From an uncultured Bacilli bacterium (GTDB taxonomy: Bacteria; Bacillota_I; Bacilli_A; RF39; UBA660), in NCBI GenBank assembly GCA_934096125.1, contig CAKOLB010000006.1, positions 778 through 64,777 on the forward strand: a stretch of DNA of 64,000 nucleotides, written 5' to 3'. Below, one piece after another: positions 8,938 to 17,831 of this stretch. Below the pieces are notes generated by a model. That model saw nothing but the letters and a program-made list of their open reading frames with translations. It was not told the DNA's origin and ran no database searches. The translations under genes and the position numbers were made by a program. Each line of letters starts with the position of its first letter. Within the stretch, counting starts at the first letter, position 1.

Positions 8938-10695
8938 TTATTTTTTATTATTTATTTTTTCATTCACCATCAAAACAAACTCTTCTAAAGAAAGGCAAGT
9001 AACATCTTTACTTCCAAAGCATCTAAAACTAACGCTTCTACTTTCCTTTTCTTTATCCCCTAAAACTAAAGTAAGTGGCACTTTACTAATTTGAGCTTCT
9101 CTCATTTTATAAGATAATTTTTCATCTCTATCATCTAGTTTCACTCTAAAGTTTTCTTTTTCTAGTGCCTTTTTAACTTCTTTAGCATACTCCAAATGAT
9201 ATTCATTTTTAACAGGAATTATATCTATCTGCATCGGAGCAAGCCAAAGCGGTAACACACCTTTAGTTTCTTCAAGTAAAAATGCTATAAATCTATCTAG
9301 TGAACCCAAAATTGCTCTATGAATAACCACTGGAGTTTCTTTATTACCATCTTTATTAATATAATTAAGTTCAAACCGGCGAGGAAGCAAAAAGTCTAAT
9401 TGAATAGTTGGAATAGCTACTTCATTACCTACCGCAGGTTTAATCAAAATATCTAACTTTGGTCCATAAAAGGCTGCTTCACCTTCAACTTCCACAAAAT
9501 TAACATTTAACTCTTGTAAAACTTTTCGAAGAGCATCTTCCGCCATTTCCCACATCGCATCATCATCAAAATATTTCTCTTTATCATTTTTATCTCTTAA
9601 TGAAAGTCTAAACTTATTTTTAGTAATATCGATATTAAAGTCTTTATAAACTTCAATTGTTAAATCTAACACATTTTTAAACTCTTCTGCAATTTGTTCT
9701 GGTGTGCAAAATATATGCGAATCATTTTGAGTAAATGCTCTAGCCCGCTCTATACCTTTAACTGACCCAGCTGACTCATAACGAAAGTCATTAGCAATTT
9801 CAGCAATTCTCACCGGTAAATCTTTATATGAATGCAAGAAGTTTTTATAAATAACCATATGATGGGGACAATTCATTGGCCGAAGCACATAAGCCTCATT
9901 ATCAAGTTCCATCGCTGGAAACATATCATCTTTATAGTGATCCCAGTGCCCACTTGTTTTATATAGATTAACACTACCAAGATCAGGTGTATGAACATGT
10001 TTATATCCATGTGAAACTTCTTTTTCTGTCATATAATTTTGAATGATACGCCACAAAGTATAACCATTTGGAAGCCAAATTGGAAGCCCTCTACCAACTA
10101 AATCAGAAAGCATAAATATTTTTAAATCTTTCGCAATCTTTCGATGGTCTCTTTCTTTTGCTTCTTCTAATTCTTGTAAATAGTTTTGCAAATCTTCTTC
10201 AGTTTCAAAGCATACCCCATATATTCTTTGAAGCATTTGATTATTTGCATCATTTTTCCAATAAGCTCCACTTACTTTAAGTAGTTTAAAATGTTTTAAA
10301 AGCTTCACAGTTTCAAGATGAGGTCCTCTACATAAATCCGTAAAATCTCCTTGAGTATAAATACTTATAACACTACCATCCCCCAGATTATTAATTAAAT
10401 CTAGCTTATATGGGTCATTTTTAAACATTTCTAACGCTTCATCTTTTGTTATTTCATGCCTAACAATTCTCTTACCATCCTTAGCTATTTTCTTCATCTC
10501 TTTTTCCAGTTTTGGTAAATCTTCTTCGCTCAAAGTAATACTACCAAGGTCGATATCATAGTAAAAACCATCTTCAACCACTGGACCTACCCAAAACTTA
10601 GCATCTGGATACAAATGCTTAACCGCTTGAGCTAGCAAATGCGCACACGAATGATTCATTACATTCAAACTTTCATTTTCTTTAATATTTATCAT
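8938..10695 (-). CDS. thrS: threonyl-tRNA synthetase (short form lacking the N-terminal TGS domain)
   Basis: Second additional domain (HSCAHLL), class II core and anticodon-binding domain. At 585 aa it is shorter than the roughly 640 aa typical of ThrS. Confidence 0.95.
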   Translation of the reverse strand: MINIKENESLNVMNHSCAHLLAQAVKHLYPDAKFWVGPVVEDGFYYDIDLGSITLSEEDLPKLEKEMKKIAKDGKRIVRHEITKDEALEMFKNDPYKLDLINNLGDGSVISIYTQGDFTDLCRGPHLETVKLLKHFKLLKVSGAYWKNDANNQMLQRIYGVCFETEEDLQNYLQELEEAKERDHRKIAKDLKIFMLSDLVGRGLPIWLPNGYTLWRIIQNYMTEKEVSHGYKHVHTPDLGSVNLYKTSGHWDHYKDDMFPAMELDNEAYVLRPMNCPHHMVIYKNFLHSYKDLPVRIAEIANDFRYESAGSVKGIERARAFTQNDSHIFCTPEQIAEEFKNVLDLTIEVYKDFNIDITKNKFRLSLRDKNDKEKYFDDDAMWEMAEDALRKVLQELNVNFVEVEGEAAFYGPKLDILIKPAVGNEVAIPTIQLDFLLPRRFELNYINKDGNKETPVVIHRAILGSLDRFIAFLLEETKGVLPLWLAPMQIDIIPVKNEYHLEYAKEVKKALEKENFRVKLDDRDEKLSYKMREAQISKVPLTLVLGDKEKESRSVSFRCFGSKDVTCLSLEEFVLMVNEKINNKK

Positions 10696-10960
10696 TTTTC
10701 TCTCCTCCTAAACACAAAAAAAGAATGTTACCAAGGAGTCAAACTTATGACGGTACCATCCTTTTATTTTTCTTCATTTTGATAACGGCCAAAACCGGAG
10801 TCTATTAAACTCGAAGCATCCGTAAAGTAGTAACCCTTAGCCTTCCTTGCTAGCTTTCCACCACCGCTAACTCTCTAGAAATTCCAATCTAAAAGTCTTG
10901 TCTTTCGTCAAACGCTCAACACCTAAAATATAGCACATTTCCACTTATCTATCAAGTAGC
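10696..10960 (-). promoter_or_regulatory. putative T-box riboswitch leader of thrS
   Basis: The minus-strand leader contains AAAAGGATGGTACCGTCA, one mismatch from the T-box consensus AANNNGGGTGGTACCGCG. It is followed by a U-run (CATTCTTTTTTT) and then the thrS SD. The AGAGAG stem-I element lies further upstream. Confidence 0.5.
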
Positions 10961-10962
10961 AA

Positions 10963-11796
10963 TTAAGCAAAATATGCTAAAATATCTTGCCAAAGCACTT
11001 CATGATTTAAATCAAAAAGCACTTTATGTCCAGCATTATAATCTTTACTTGTAACATTTGCTCCCTTTTGCCTTAAATACTTTTCTAAATTTACTAGCGA
11101 GCCTTTTTCACTTAGCGTACTATCCAAAGAGCCATGAACTAAAAATATATTTTGCAATTCAAACTCAAGCTTTTTCACATTTGCTTCTAGTCTCACTATC
11201 TCATATATACTTTTATTTTTATAGTTGTAGTAGCAATTTGCATCACTTTTAAACTCATTTGTAGCAACACTACTTGAAAAAAGTACTGTCTTACTTCCAA
11301 AACCTAGTACACTTTGCATATAACTACTTTCCCCATTTTTTCCAAGTATTCCCAGCATAAACTTTAAAAGTTTAAGTGTTGCTATGGCACTTTCACTAAA
11401 AATCGGTGAAACCAAAACTGTTTTTACAGGCTTTATTTGCGGCAAAGCATTAAAACATACAAGCGCCCCTAAACTATCACCAAGAACATAAATATCTTTT
11501 CCCCCAAATCTATTTTTCGCATAATTATAAACAATAACTAAATCATCTATTAACTTTCCAGCATCACTAATAACCCCAAGTTCATTTTCTTTACTTATGC
11601 TTTTCCCATGTCCCCGCATATCATAAAGAAGAATATTAAAACCATTTTGATAAAAATAATTAGCCATATTATAATATCTTTCTTTATACTCATTTATCCC
11701 TGGCACAATAATTAAAGTTTTACTTGCCCCTATATTTTCCATAATACTTACAGATAAATAAAGTAAATCACAAGATTTTAAACTAACTTCAATCAT
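10963..11796 (-). CDS. alpha/beta-fold hydrolase (lysophospholipase/monoacylglycerol-lipase-like)
   Basis: Nucleophile elbow GDSLGA, YDMRGHGKS, and a C-terminal His in AGHKVLFDLNHE. It overlaps the upstream HerA-like gene by 4 nt. Confidence 0.7.
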   Translation of the reverse strand: MIEVSLKSCDLLYLSVSIMENIGASKTLIIVPGINEYKERYYNMANYFYQNGFNILLYDMRGHGKSISKENELGVISDAGKLIDDLVIVYNYAKNRFGGKDIYVLGDSLGALVCFNALPQIKPVKTVLVSPIFSESAIATLKLLKFMLGILGKNGESSYMQSVLGFGSKTVLFSSSVATNEFKSDANCYYNYKNKSIYEIVRLEANVKKLEFELQNIFLVHGSLDSTLSEKGSLVNLEKYLRQKGANVTSKDYNAGHKVLFDLNHEVLWQDILAYFA

Positions 11797-13532
11797 AACA
11801 TCTCCTCCTCATACCAAAGACTAGCAACATCTACACTAGCATTTTTTGGTGCCACCTTAGGCATCTCAAGTTTTATCAAAAGAGGCATCTTAAAACCTGT
11901 TCCAAAAGCATAACACACCCCTGCATTTAACTCTTTTATTTTCTCAATCACATTTAAAGACATATTTGTACTCATTTGTTTTATCTGTTCCAAATCCGCG
12001 GGATGAATAACCCGAAAAACCAAATAATTAGCACATTGACTTAACGCAGTCGATGAAAGCTCACTTGGCCTTTGTGTTATAAAAGTCATAAGACATCCAT
12101 ACTTTCTTCCCTCTTTGGTAATACGATTAAATATATTATAACCAATAACTTCCTCATCACTATCATTTTGAACATACCTATGGGCTTCTTCTAAAATTAT
12201 ATTAAAGGAAAAAGACCCATTATCTCTATTTTTAATCAGATAATTAAATATAAGCTTACTATATAGTTTAGTTAAAACTTTAGCAAATCTACTTTCTAAA
12301 TCACTTAAATCTATAATAGTTAAATTATTACAAACAAACATATCTTTCATAAACTTATCATAATCTATAAAATCATCATATTTAAATATATTATTTTTAG
12401 GACTATTAATAATTGCTTGCAATCTTGTTTTTAATATATTTACTTGTTTATAAGCTTCATCACTATTTAAAGTACCTTCACTTATAAGTGCAAACTCCAA
12501 AGCATAATACAAATCTTCTAAATCATATGCAAAATCTTTTATTACATCTATATTATCTATATTTATTATTTCGAAATTACTCAAAAAATTCATAACTTCA
12601 TATATAGCATTAATTTTTCCTTGCTCATCAATTAAAAGACACTGGCGAAGTGTTCTATCATACCCCGGCTGATGAATTATTGACTCCAAATTTAAGTCTT
12701 TCGTATTATAATGAGATAAAACCGCAATTACTTGGTCACGAGTACTACTAGATGATTTACCAGACGTTAAAATATCCATTATACACTTAGCTATTATATC
12801 ATTTTTGTACTCTTGCATCTTAGGACTTTTACTTTTAAAAATACTTACAAGTTTCAAAGTTTTATCAAGTACCGCTATCTGCTGAGCATTAGTAGCTCCA
12901 AGTAATATTGCTAAATCATCTGTTTCTAAAAAATAAGCTGGATATTTAAGAAACCTCTCTTCTGCATTTATAGATGAATATTTTTGAATAGTAAGTCCTT
13001 TTTCTTTTATCATATCAAAAGCATTTACATATTCTCCATAAGCATCAAATAAAACAAAATGAGCATTAAATGGCGTATTTATCCCTAAAAAAAGATTTTG
13101 AAGTATCCGTGTTAACCCACAAGACTTACCACTTCCTGTATTTCCTACAATAGCGTTATGAAATGAGAAAAAATCATTAAGTTTTACCAAAACATTAAAT
13201 TTTTCATAAAGATAAGATTTTCCCAAAACTAAAGAATTACCAGCCAAATTATTATCGCCAAGAATAAGAGCAAGTTCATCAGCATTAATGGGGCGAATAC
13301 TTGCATCAGATGATAAAGGCGCATTACCACCTGCATAAAATCTATTTTGCCAAATAAACCCCACCAAAAAACATTTTATTATCTTTTCACTAACAAGTGT
13401 AACTTCAGCTACCACTTTTTTATCATCTATAACAAAAACAATATACCCACCAAGCAAAGTTGCATCAACACTTTGCTTTTTATTTTCTAAGGTAATCTCT
13501 CTAGTCTGCACCTCTAATATTTTGCCAAACAT
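11793..13532 (-). CDS. HerA/DUF87-family (FtsK-HerA superfamily) ATPase
   Basis: N-terminal HAS-barrel-like region, Walker A GNTGSGKS, Walker B ILEEAHRY, and the C-terminal motif FITQRPSEL typical of HerA/DUF87. Confidence 0.75.
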   Translation of the reverse strand: MFGKILEVQTREITLENKKQSVDATLLGGYIVFVIDDKKVVAEVTLVSEKIIKCFLVGFIWQNRFYAGGNAPLSSDASIRPINADELALILGDNNLAGNSLVLGKSYLYEKFNVLVKLNDFFSFHNAIVGNTGSGKSCGLTRILQNLFLGINTPFNAHFVLFDAYGEYVNAFDMIKEKGLTIQKYSSINAEERFLKYPAYFLETDDLAILLGATNAQQIAVLDKTLKLVSIFKSKSPKMQEYKNDIIAKCIMDILTSGKSSSSTRDQVIAVLSHYNTKDLNLESIIHQPGYDRTLRQCLLIDEQGKINAIYEVMNFLSNFEIINIDNIDVIKDFAYDLEDLYYALEFALISEGTLNSDEAYKQVNILKTRLQAIINSPKNNIFKYDDFIDYDKFMKDMFVCNNLTIIDLSDLESRFAKVLTKLYSKLIFNYLIKNRDNGSFSFNIILEEAHRYVQNDSDEEVIGYNIFNRITKEGRKYGCLMTFITQRPSELSSTALSQCANYLVFRVIHPADLEQIKQMSTNMSLNVIEKIKELNAGVCYAFGTGFKMPLLIKLEMPKVAPKNASVDVASLWYEEEML

Positions 13533-13628
13533 CTTATCAACCTCTACTTTAAAATAAGTATATCACACTTTATTTAGGGTTGCACTTTCTTTTTTTTTTT
13601 GATATACTCATTTTGTTAGCAAAAAATT

Positions 13629-13704
13629 GTCTCCTTAGCTCAGTTGGTAGAGCAACTGACTCTTAATCAGTGGGTCTAGAGTTCGAATCTCTAAGGGGAC
13701 ACCA
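13629..13704 (+). tRNA. tRNA-Lys (anticodon CUU)
   Basis: Manual cloverleaf: acceptor GTCTCCT/AGGGGAC, D-arm GCTC..GAGC, anticodon stem ACTGA/TCAGT with loop CTCTTAA, T-arm GGGTC..GTTCGAATC, and an encoded CCA. Confidence 0.9.
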
Positions 13705-13769
13705 AAAAGATAACAAAAAGGTACGTAAAAGTACTTTTTTTAATTAAAAAACACTTTCTTTCAAGTGTT

Positions 13770-14390
13770 TTAATTTTTTATAGTAGCAAAATCATCTACT
13801 CTACTCTCATCTGGTATTATAGTAAATTCAATTTTTTGTAGTTTAGTTGTACTTTGCTTATTATCATCAGTAGCAGTATATAAAATCCAGTATTGATCTG
13901 TTCCAGTACTTTCATTTACTTCATGATATACTTTATGAGTTATTTTAACATTTCCGCCACCACTTACTTCTAAATGGTCATACTTTATATCGTCAATACT
14001 ATTTACATGATATGTATCCTCATAAAATTTAATAGCTAAACTACTAGTTTCATTGGGATTATTTATATCTTTTAAATACTTAGTATCTTTTGGATTAGCT
14101 ATCCACCCATATTTACCATCTTCATATTCGATATGATACCAGTAATTATCATTTTTACCAACCATATCATCAACAGCATATATTTCTCCCTTTTTCACTT
14201 CGCCAAGCTCACTACTATTGCGGTCAGCATCATTTCTTATCTTAATATACTCATTAAGCACCTCAACATGCCATCCTTCTTTAATTTTCTCAAGTTTAGC
14301 GGCAGCTATTTTCTCTTTAACAAAGCCATAACCAAAATACCCCCCAATACCTAGTCCAATTATAACTAGCACTATAACAAATTTTTTCAA
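13770..14390 (-). CDS. membrane-anchored protein with a bacterial SH3-like segment
   Basis: N-terminal TM helix. The GEVKKGEIYAVDDMVGKNDNYWYHIEYEDGKYGWIA stretch resembles SH3b domains. Confidence 0.4.
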   Translation of the reverse strand: MKKFVIVLVIIGLGIGGYFGYGFVKEKIAAAKLEKIKEGWHVEVLNEYIKIRNDADRNSSELGEVKKGEIYAVDDMVGKNDNYWYHIEYEDGKYGWIANPKDTKYLKDINNPNETSSLAIKFYEDTYHVNSIDDIKYDHLEVSGGGNVKITHKVYHEVNESTGTDQYWILYTATDDNKQSTTKLQKIEFTIIPDESRVDDFATIKN

Positions 14391-14487
14391 ATTTCTTCAC
14401 TCCCATATATTACAATTATACCAAATATTTATAATTTTACTAGTACTATCCTCTTTTTTTTGTTATACTAATCCTGGTGATAAAAAT

Positions 14488-14796
14488 TTGAAAAAATATA
14501 AGTATTTAACCTTATCAAAGGAAGAACAAAAAAAGTTACAAGAGAAATATTTCCAAACTAATGATGGCATTAATCTAAAAAAAATATTTAATAGAATAAT
14601 AATGTACTCAATATGTTTAATAATTATCGGTATTGTCTTATCAGTTCAAAATTATTTAAACGATAAAGGAACAACAAGTTATATATATAGTATTTTCTTA
14701 GTAATAGTAGGTATTGCCTTTCTAATTGCTAGACACAATATATTTATCAAAAAAATAAATGAATATTTAATAAACTCCAAAAAGAAAAGTAAATAA
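14488..14796 (+). CDS. small membrane protein
   Basis: 102 aa with two hydrophobic helices; no family recognised. Confidence 0.3.
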   Translation: MKKYKYLTLSKEEQKKLQEKYFQTNDGINLKKIFNRIIMYSICLIIIGIVLSVQNYLNDKGTTSYIYSIFLVIVGIAFLIARHNIFIKKINEYLINSKKKSK

Positions 14797-15030
14797 AAAG
14801 TAAGGATACACCTTAATAGGTGATATCTTTTTTTGGTTCTTCGAAATCTGGTGAGGAGTTAAAATTGAATAAAGTCAATTAACTCCTAATTAAAAACCAT
14901 ACGTTTAAAAATACTTGTTTTTTTGTATATATAAACCAATCTATTTCATTGCTATATTTGTTTTTAAGCAATCTATAATCCTTACTATTATAACTAATTA
15001 TCCTGTAATCTTATTTTATTTTACTACATA

Positions 15031-15264
15031 TTGAAAATAAAAGCCAATGACTACAAAGCCAATGAGGTAATAAAAATAATTAGAAAATGGAGTGGAAAAA
15101 CCCAAACTGAATTTGGCAAAGAAATAAATCGTACTAAAAACGCTATTCAATTTTATGAATACGGCCAAAGAAACTATGATTTTGAACTTCTTTTAGAAAA
15201 TGCTAAAAAAGAAAATTTTATTATCACTATCGAAAAAATAATAACTAAAAATTGGAAGTTGTAA
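15031..15264 (+). CDS. XRE-family HTH transcriptional regulator (TTG start)
   Basis: HTH_3-like core SGKTQTEFGKEINRTKNAIQFYEYGQR. It lies directly upstream of the Y-family polymerase operon. Confidence 0.5.
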   Translation: MKIKANDYKANEVIKIIRKWSGKTQTEFGKEINRTKNAIQFYEYGQRNYDFELLLENAKKENFIITIEKIITKNWKL

Positions 15265-15309
15265 ATTTCTATATACTACCTTATAATATTTTATAGAAAC
15301 AAAGGTTCG

Positions 15310-16569
15310 GTGATAAAAATGAATGAAACAAGAAACATTTTATGTATTGATTTAAAAAGTTTTTTTGCCTCATGCGAATGTATCGAGCGCGGACTAGATC
15401 CTTTTACCTATCCTCTTGTTGTTGCTAATAAAAAACAAGGAAATGGTGCTATTACTCTAGCTATAACTCCGGCCTTAAAAAAACTAGGAATTGCATCAAG
15501 AACTAGATTATTTGACATTCCAAGTCATATAAAATATGACATTGTTCCTCCGAGAATGAAGTTATATATCCAAAAAAGTAAAGAAGTTGTCGGTATCTAT
15601 CTAGACTTTGTTGCTCCAGAGGACTTACACATCTACTCGATCGATGAATGTTTCCTAGATGTCACAGACTACCTAAAACTCTATAAAAAAAACGACTATG
15701 AACTAGCAGAAACTATTTTAAAAACTATAACTAAGAAAACTGGTCTTACCGCTACCTGCGGAATTGGTCCCAACCTGCTTCTTGCTAAAGTTGCCATGGA
15801 TGTTGAAGCGAAAAAATATAAAAATGGTATTGCTAAATGGACTTATGCAGATGTTTCCACTAAACTTTGGAGCATAACACCTCTTTCTAAAATGTGGGGA
15901 ATAGGCAAAAGAATGGAAAAAAAACTAAATTATTTAAATATTTATACCATTGGCGACCTAGCAAAATATGACGTTAATAAATTAAAAGATAAATTTGGAG
16001 TAATGGGAGAAGAGCTTTGGCGGCATGCTAACGGTCAAGATGAAAGTCGTATTTCCGATTTTAAAATAACATGCAAAGAAGCATCTTTCAGCCACTCCCA
16101 AGTTCTATTTAAAGATTATAATGAAACAAATATTAAACTAATCATTAAAGAAATGGTTGAAGTACTCACATCTAGACTTCGAAAACATAACAAAGAATGT
16201 ATGAAAATTGGCTTTGGAATTAGCTATTCTAAAAGTATCGGCGGTGGCTTTTATCATCAACTAAAACTTGATAGACCTACGGATGACACCACAGAAATCA
16301 CTGATATGTGTCTTCTTATCTTTGATAAATTTTATGAATTTTTACCCATCCGTAAAGTAAGCATATCTTGTAATAACCTAATTACTAAAAAAGGTAAACA
16401 ACTAAGTTTGTTTGAAGAAGATAAAGACCAAAAAGCTAACAATATTGATACAACTATTGATGAAATAAAGGATAGGTTTGGGAAAAATAGCCTCTTAAAA
16501 GCATCTAATCTTCTTGATGACTCAACAGCTATCGAAAGAAACAAAAAAATAGGAGGCCATCATGAGTGA
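15310..16569 (+). CDS. Y-family DNA polymerase (UvrX/YqjW/UmuC-like)
   Basis: ILCIDLKSFFASCE and IDECFLDVT catalytic motifs. The frame opens with GTG at 15310; the ATG at 15319 (MNETRNILCID) is the likelier start. Confidence 0.85.
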   Translation: MIKMNETRNILCIDLKSFFASCECIERGLDPFTYPLVVANKKQGNGAITLAITPALKKLGIASRTRLFDIPSHIKYDIVPPRMKLYIQKSKEVVGIYLDFVAPEDLHIYSIDECFLDVTDYLKLYKKNDYELAETILKTITKKTGLTATCGIGPNLLLAKVAMDVEAKKYKNGIAKWTYADVSTKLWSITPLSKMWGIGKRMEKKLNYLNIYTIGDLAKYDVNKLKDKFGVMGEELWRHANGQDESRISDFKITCKEASFSHSQVLFKDYNETNIKLIIKEMVEVLTSRLRKHNKECMKIGFGISYSKSIGGGFYHQLKLDRPTDDTTEITDMCLLIFDKFYEFLPIRKVSISCNNLITKKGKQLSLFEEDKDQKANNIDTTIDEIKDRFGKNSLLKASNLLDDSTAIERNKKIGGHHE

Positions 16570-16876
16570 TAGAAAAATGATCAAGTGGCTTCCCTTTAAC
16601 TCCGTTATCACTGGCAAATCAGTTTTATATGATAATTTAAAAGCTAAAGCTAAAATTCCCAAACCAAAAATAAGTGAAGACGAAGAAAAAATCATTGAAA
16701 ACACCTTAATAGATGCCTACTATAGTCAGTATACTGTTAAAATAACCTATTACTTAAATGGATACCTTCAAGATACTATTACCAAAATTAAAAAAATAGA
16801 TAAATTTCAAAAACTTATCTATTTAAATAACACTATTATCTATTTTCATCAAATAATAACTATGAAACCGGTGTAA
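16562..16876 (+). CDS. YolD-like protein (UmuD functional analogue)
   Basis: About 100 aa, overlapping the polymerase stop by 8 nt. MIKWLPFNSV... is typical of the YolD-like family that pairs with uvrX/yqjW. Confidence 0.6.
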   Translation: MSDRKMIKWLPFNSVITGKSVLYDNLKAKAKIPKPKISEDEEKIIENTLIDAYYSQYTVKITYYLNGYLQDTITKIKKIDKFQKLIYLNNTIIYFHQIITMKPV

Positions 16877-17777
16877 TGGAAACAAAATAATAATTGTTAT
16901 CATTACCCTTTTTATATGTCCATTTATAAGTAGGAAGTATTGATAAAGAGTTAAAACTACGATCATTATTTTGATCAACAAAATTAGTTATGACACTTCC
17001 ACTTTGCATAGCATTACCATAAACATCATAAAGACCTTCACCTGTGTTTATAAAATATCCAAAATATTCATAAATATAAAGTTCATCACCCTTAGTTGTT
17101 GCTTTACTAAGACCCTTTAGTACAAAATCATTAGACTCTAAGTTGCAAGCATTTAAAGCAATCGTATATATACCCTCAGCATCCTTTGTAACTGTATAAT
17201 TATCAATGTTAACTGTCACAATATTTTCAAGACCTAATGCAAGTGATTCATCATCAAATATATTTATAGCCATATTTTTTATATCATCATATGTCTTATA
17301 AACTGTCAAAGACTCACAAGTAGCCCCCAAATTACTAAAGATAACTGCTAACTTTTGATTAGTCGAAAGATCAGTTACCATAACTTCATGATCACTATAG
17401 ATATCTTTAAAAATACTGGCAAGGTCATTAACATTTGTCGCCGTAATTTTCTTATAAGCATCATATACTAACACGGAATTATCAGTAACATCCAGTTCAT
17501 CCGTACTTTTATTATTAACAGCAAGCACATTGAAATTTTCATGAGCTTCATCAAAATAGTGAAAACCAATATAAAATGCATAAATTGACTTAGACATAAA
17601 ATAAACAACAAAAAGCGAAATAACCACAGTCGTTAACAGAACTCTATTCTTTTTCAAATAATTAAAGCATTTAGAAAAGCTTCTTTTATCTTTAGTACTT
17701 CTTTCATTTTCTCTCAAAAACCCAAAAGTTTCTTCTTCATCCCTTAAAAGTGGTTCAATTTTTTTATCCATTTCCAA
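16860..17777 (-). CDS. hypothetical membrane-anchored protein
   Basis: One TM helix near residue 45, followed by a large extracytoplasmic domain. No family recognised. Confidence 0.3.
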   Translation of the reverse strand: MEMDKKIEPLLRDEEETFGFLRENERSTKDKRSFSKCFNYLKKNRVLLTTVVISLFVVYFMSKSIYAFYIGFHYFDEAHENFNVLAVNNKSTDELDVTDNSVLVYDAYKKITATNVNDLASIFKDIYSDHEVMVTDLSTNQKLAVIFSNLGATCESLTVYKTYDDIKNMAINIFDDESLALGLENIVTVNIDNYTVTKDAEGIYTIALNACNLESNDFVLKGLSKATTKGDELYIYEYFGYFINTGEGLYDVYGNAMQSGSVITNFVDQNNDRSFNSLSILPTYKWTYKKGNDNNYYFVSITPVS

Positions 17778-17831
17778 TCACCTTATTCTTTATTAAAAAG
17801 TATAACATAATTTGAAAAAATAAAAAAGAGC

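Noticed and set aside
14853-14886. Inverted repeat GAGGAGTTAA-N14-TTAACTCCTA after the 14488..14796 gene.
   Set aside because: Only an 8-9 bp stem, a 14-nt loop and no U-run. It could be a weak terminator or nothing.
15295-15310. Possible LexA/Cheo box AGAAACAAAGGTTCGG upstream of the Y-family polymerase.
   Set aside because: It matches GAAC-N4-GTTC only with an extra or mismatched base in the left half, and it overlaps the SD region. The match is too weak to call without a genome-wide LexA motif model.
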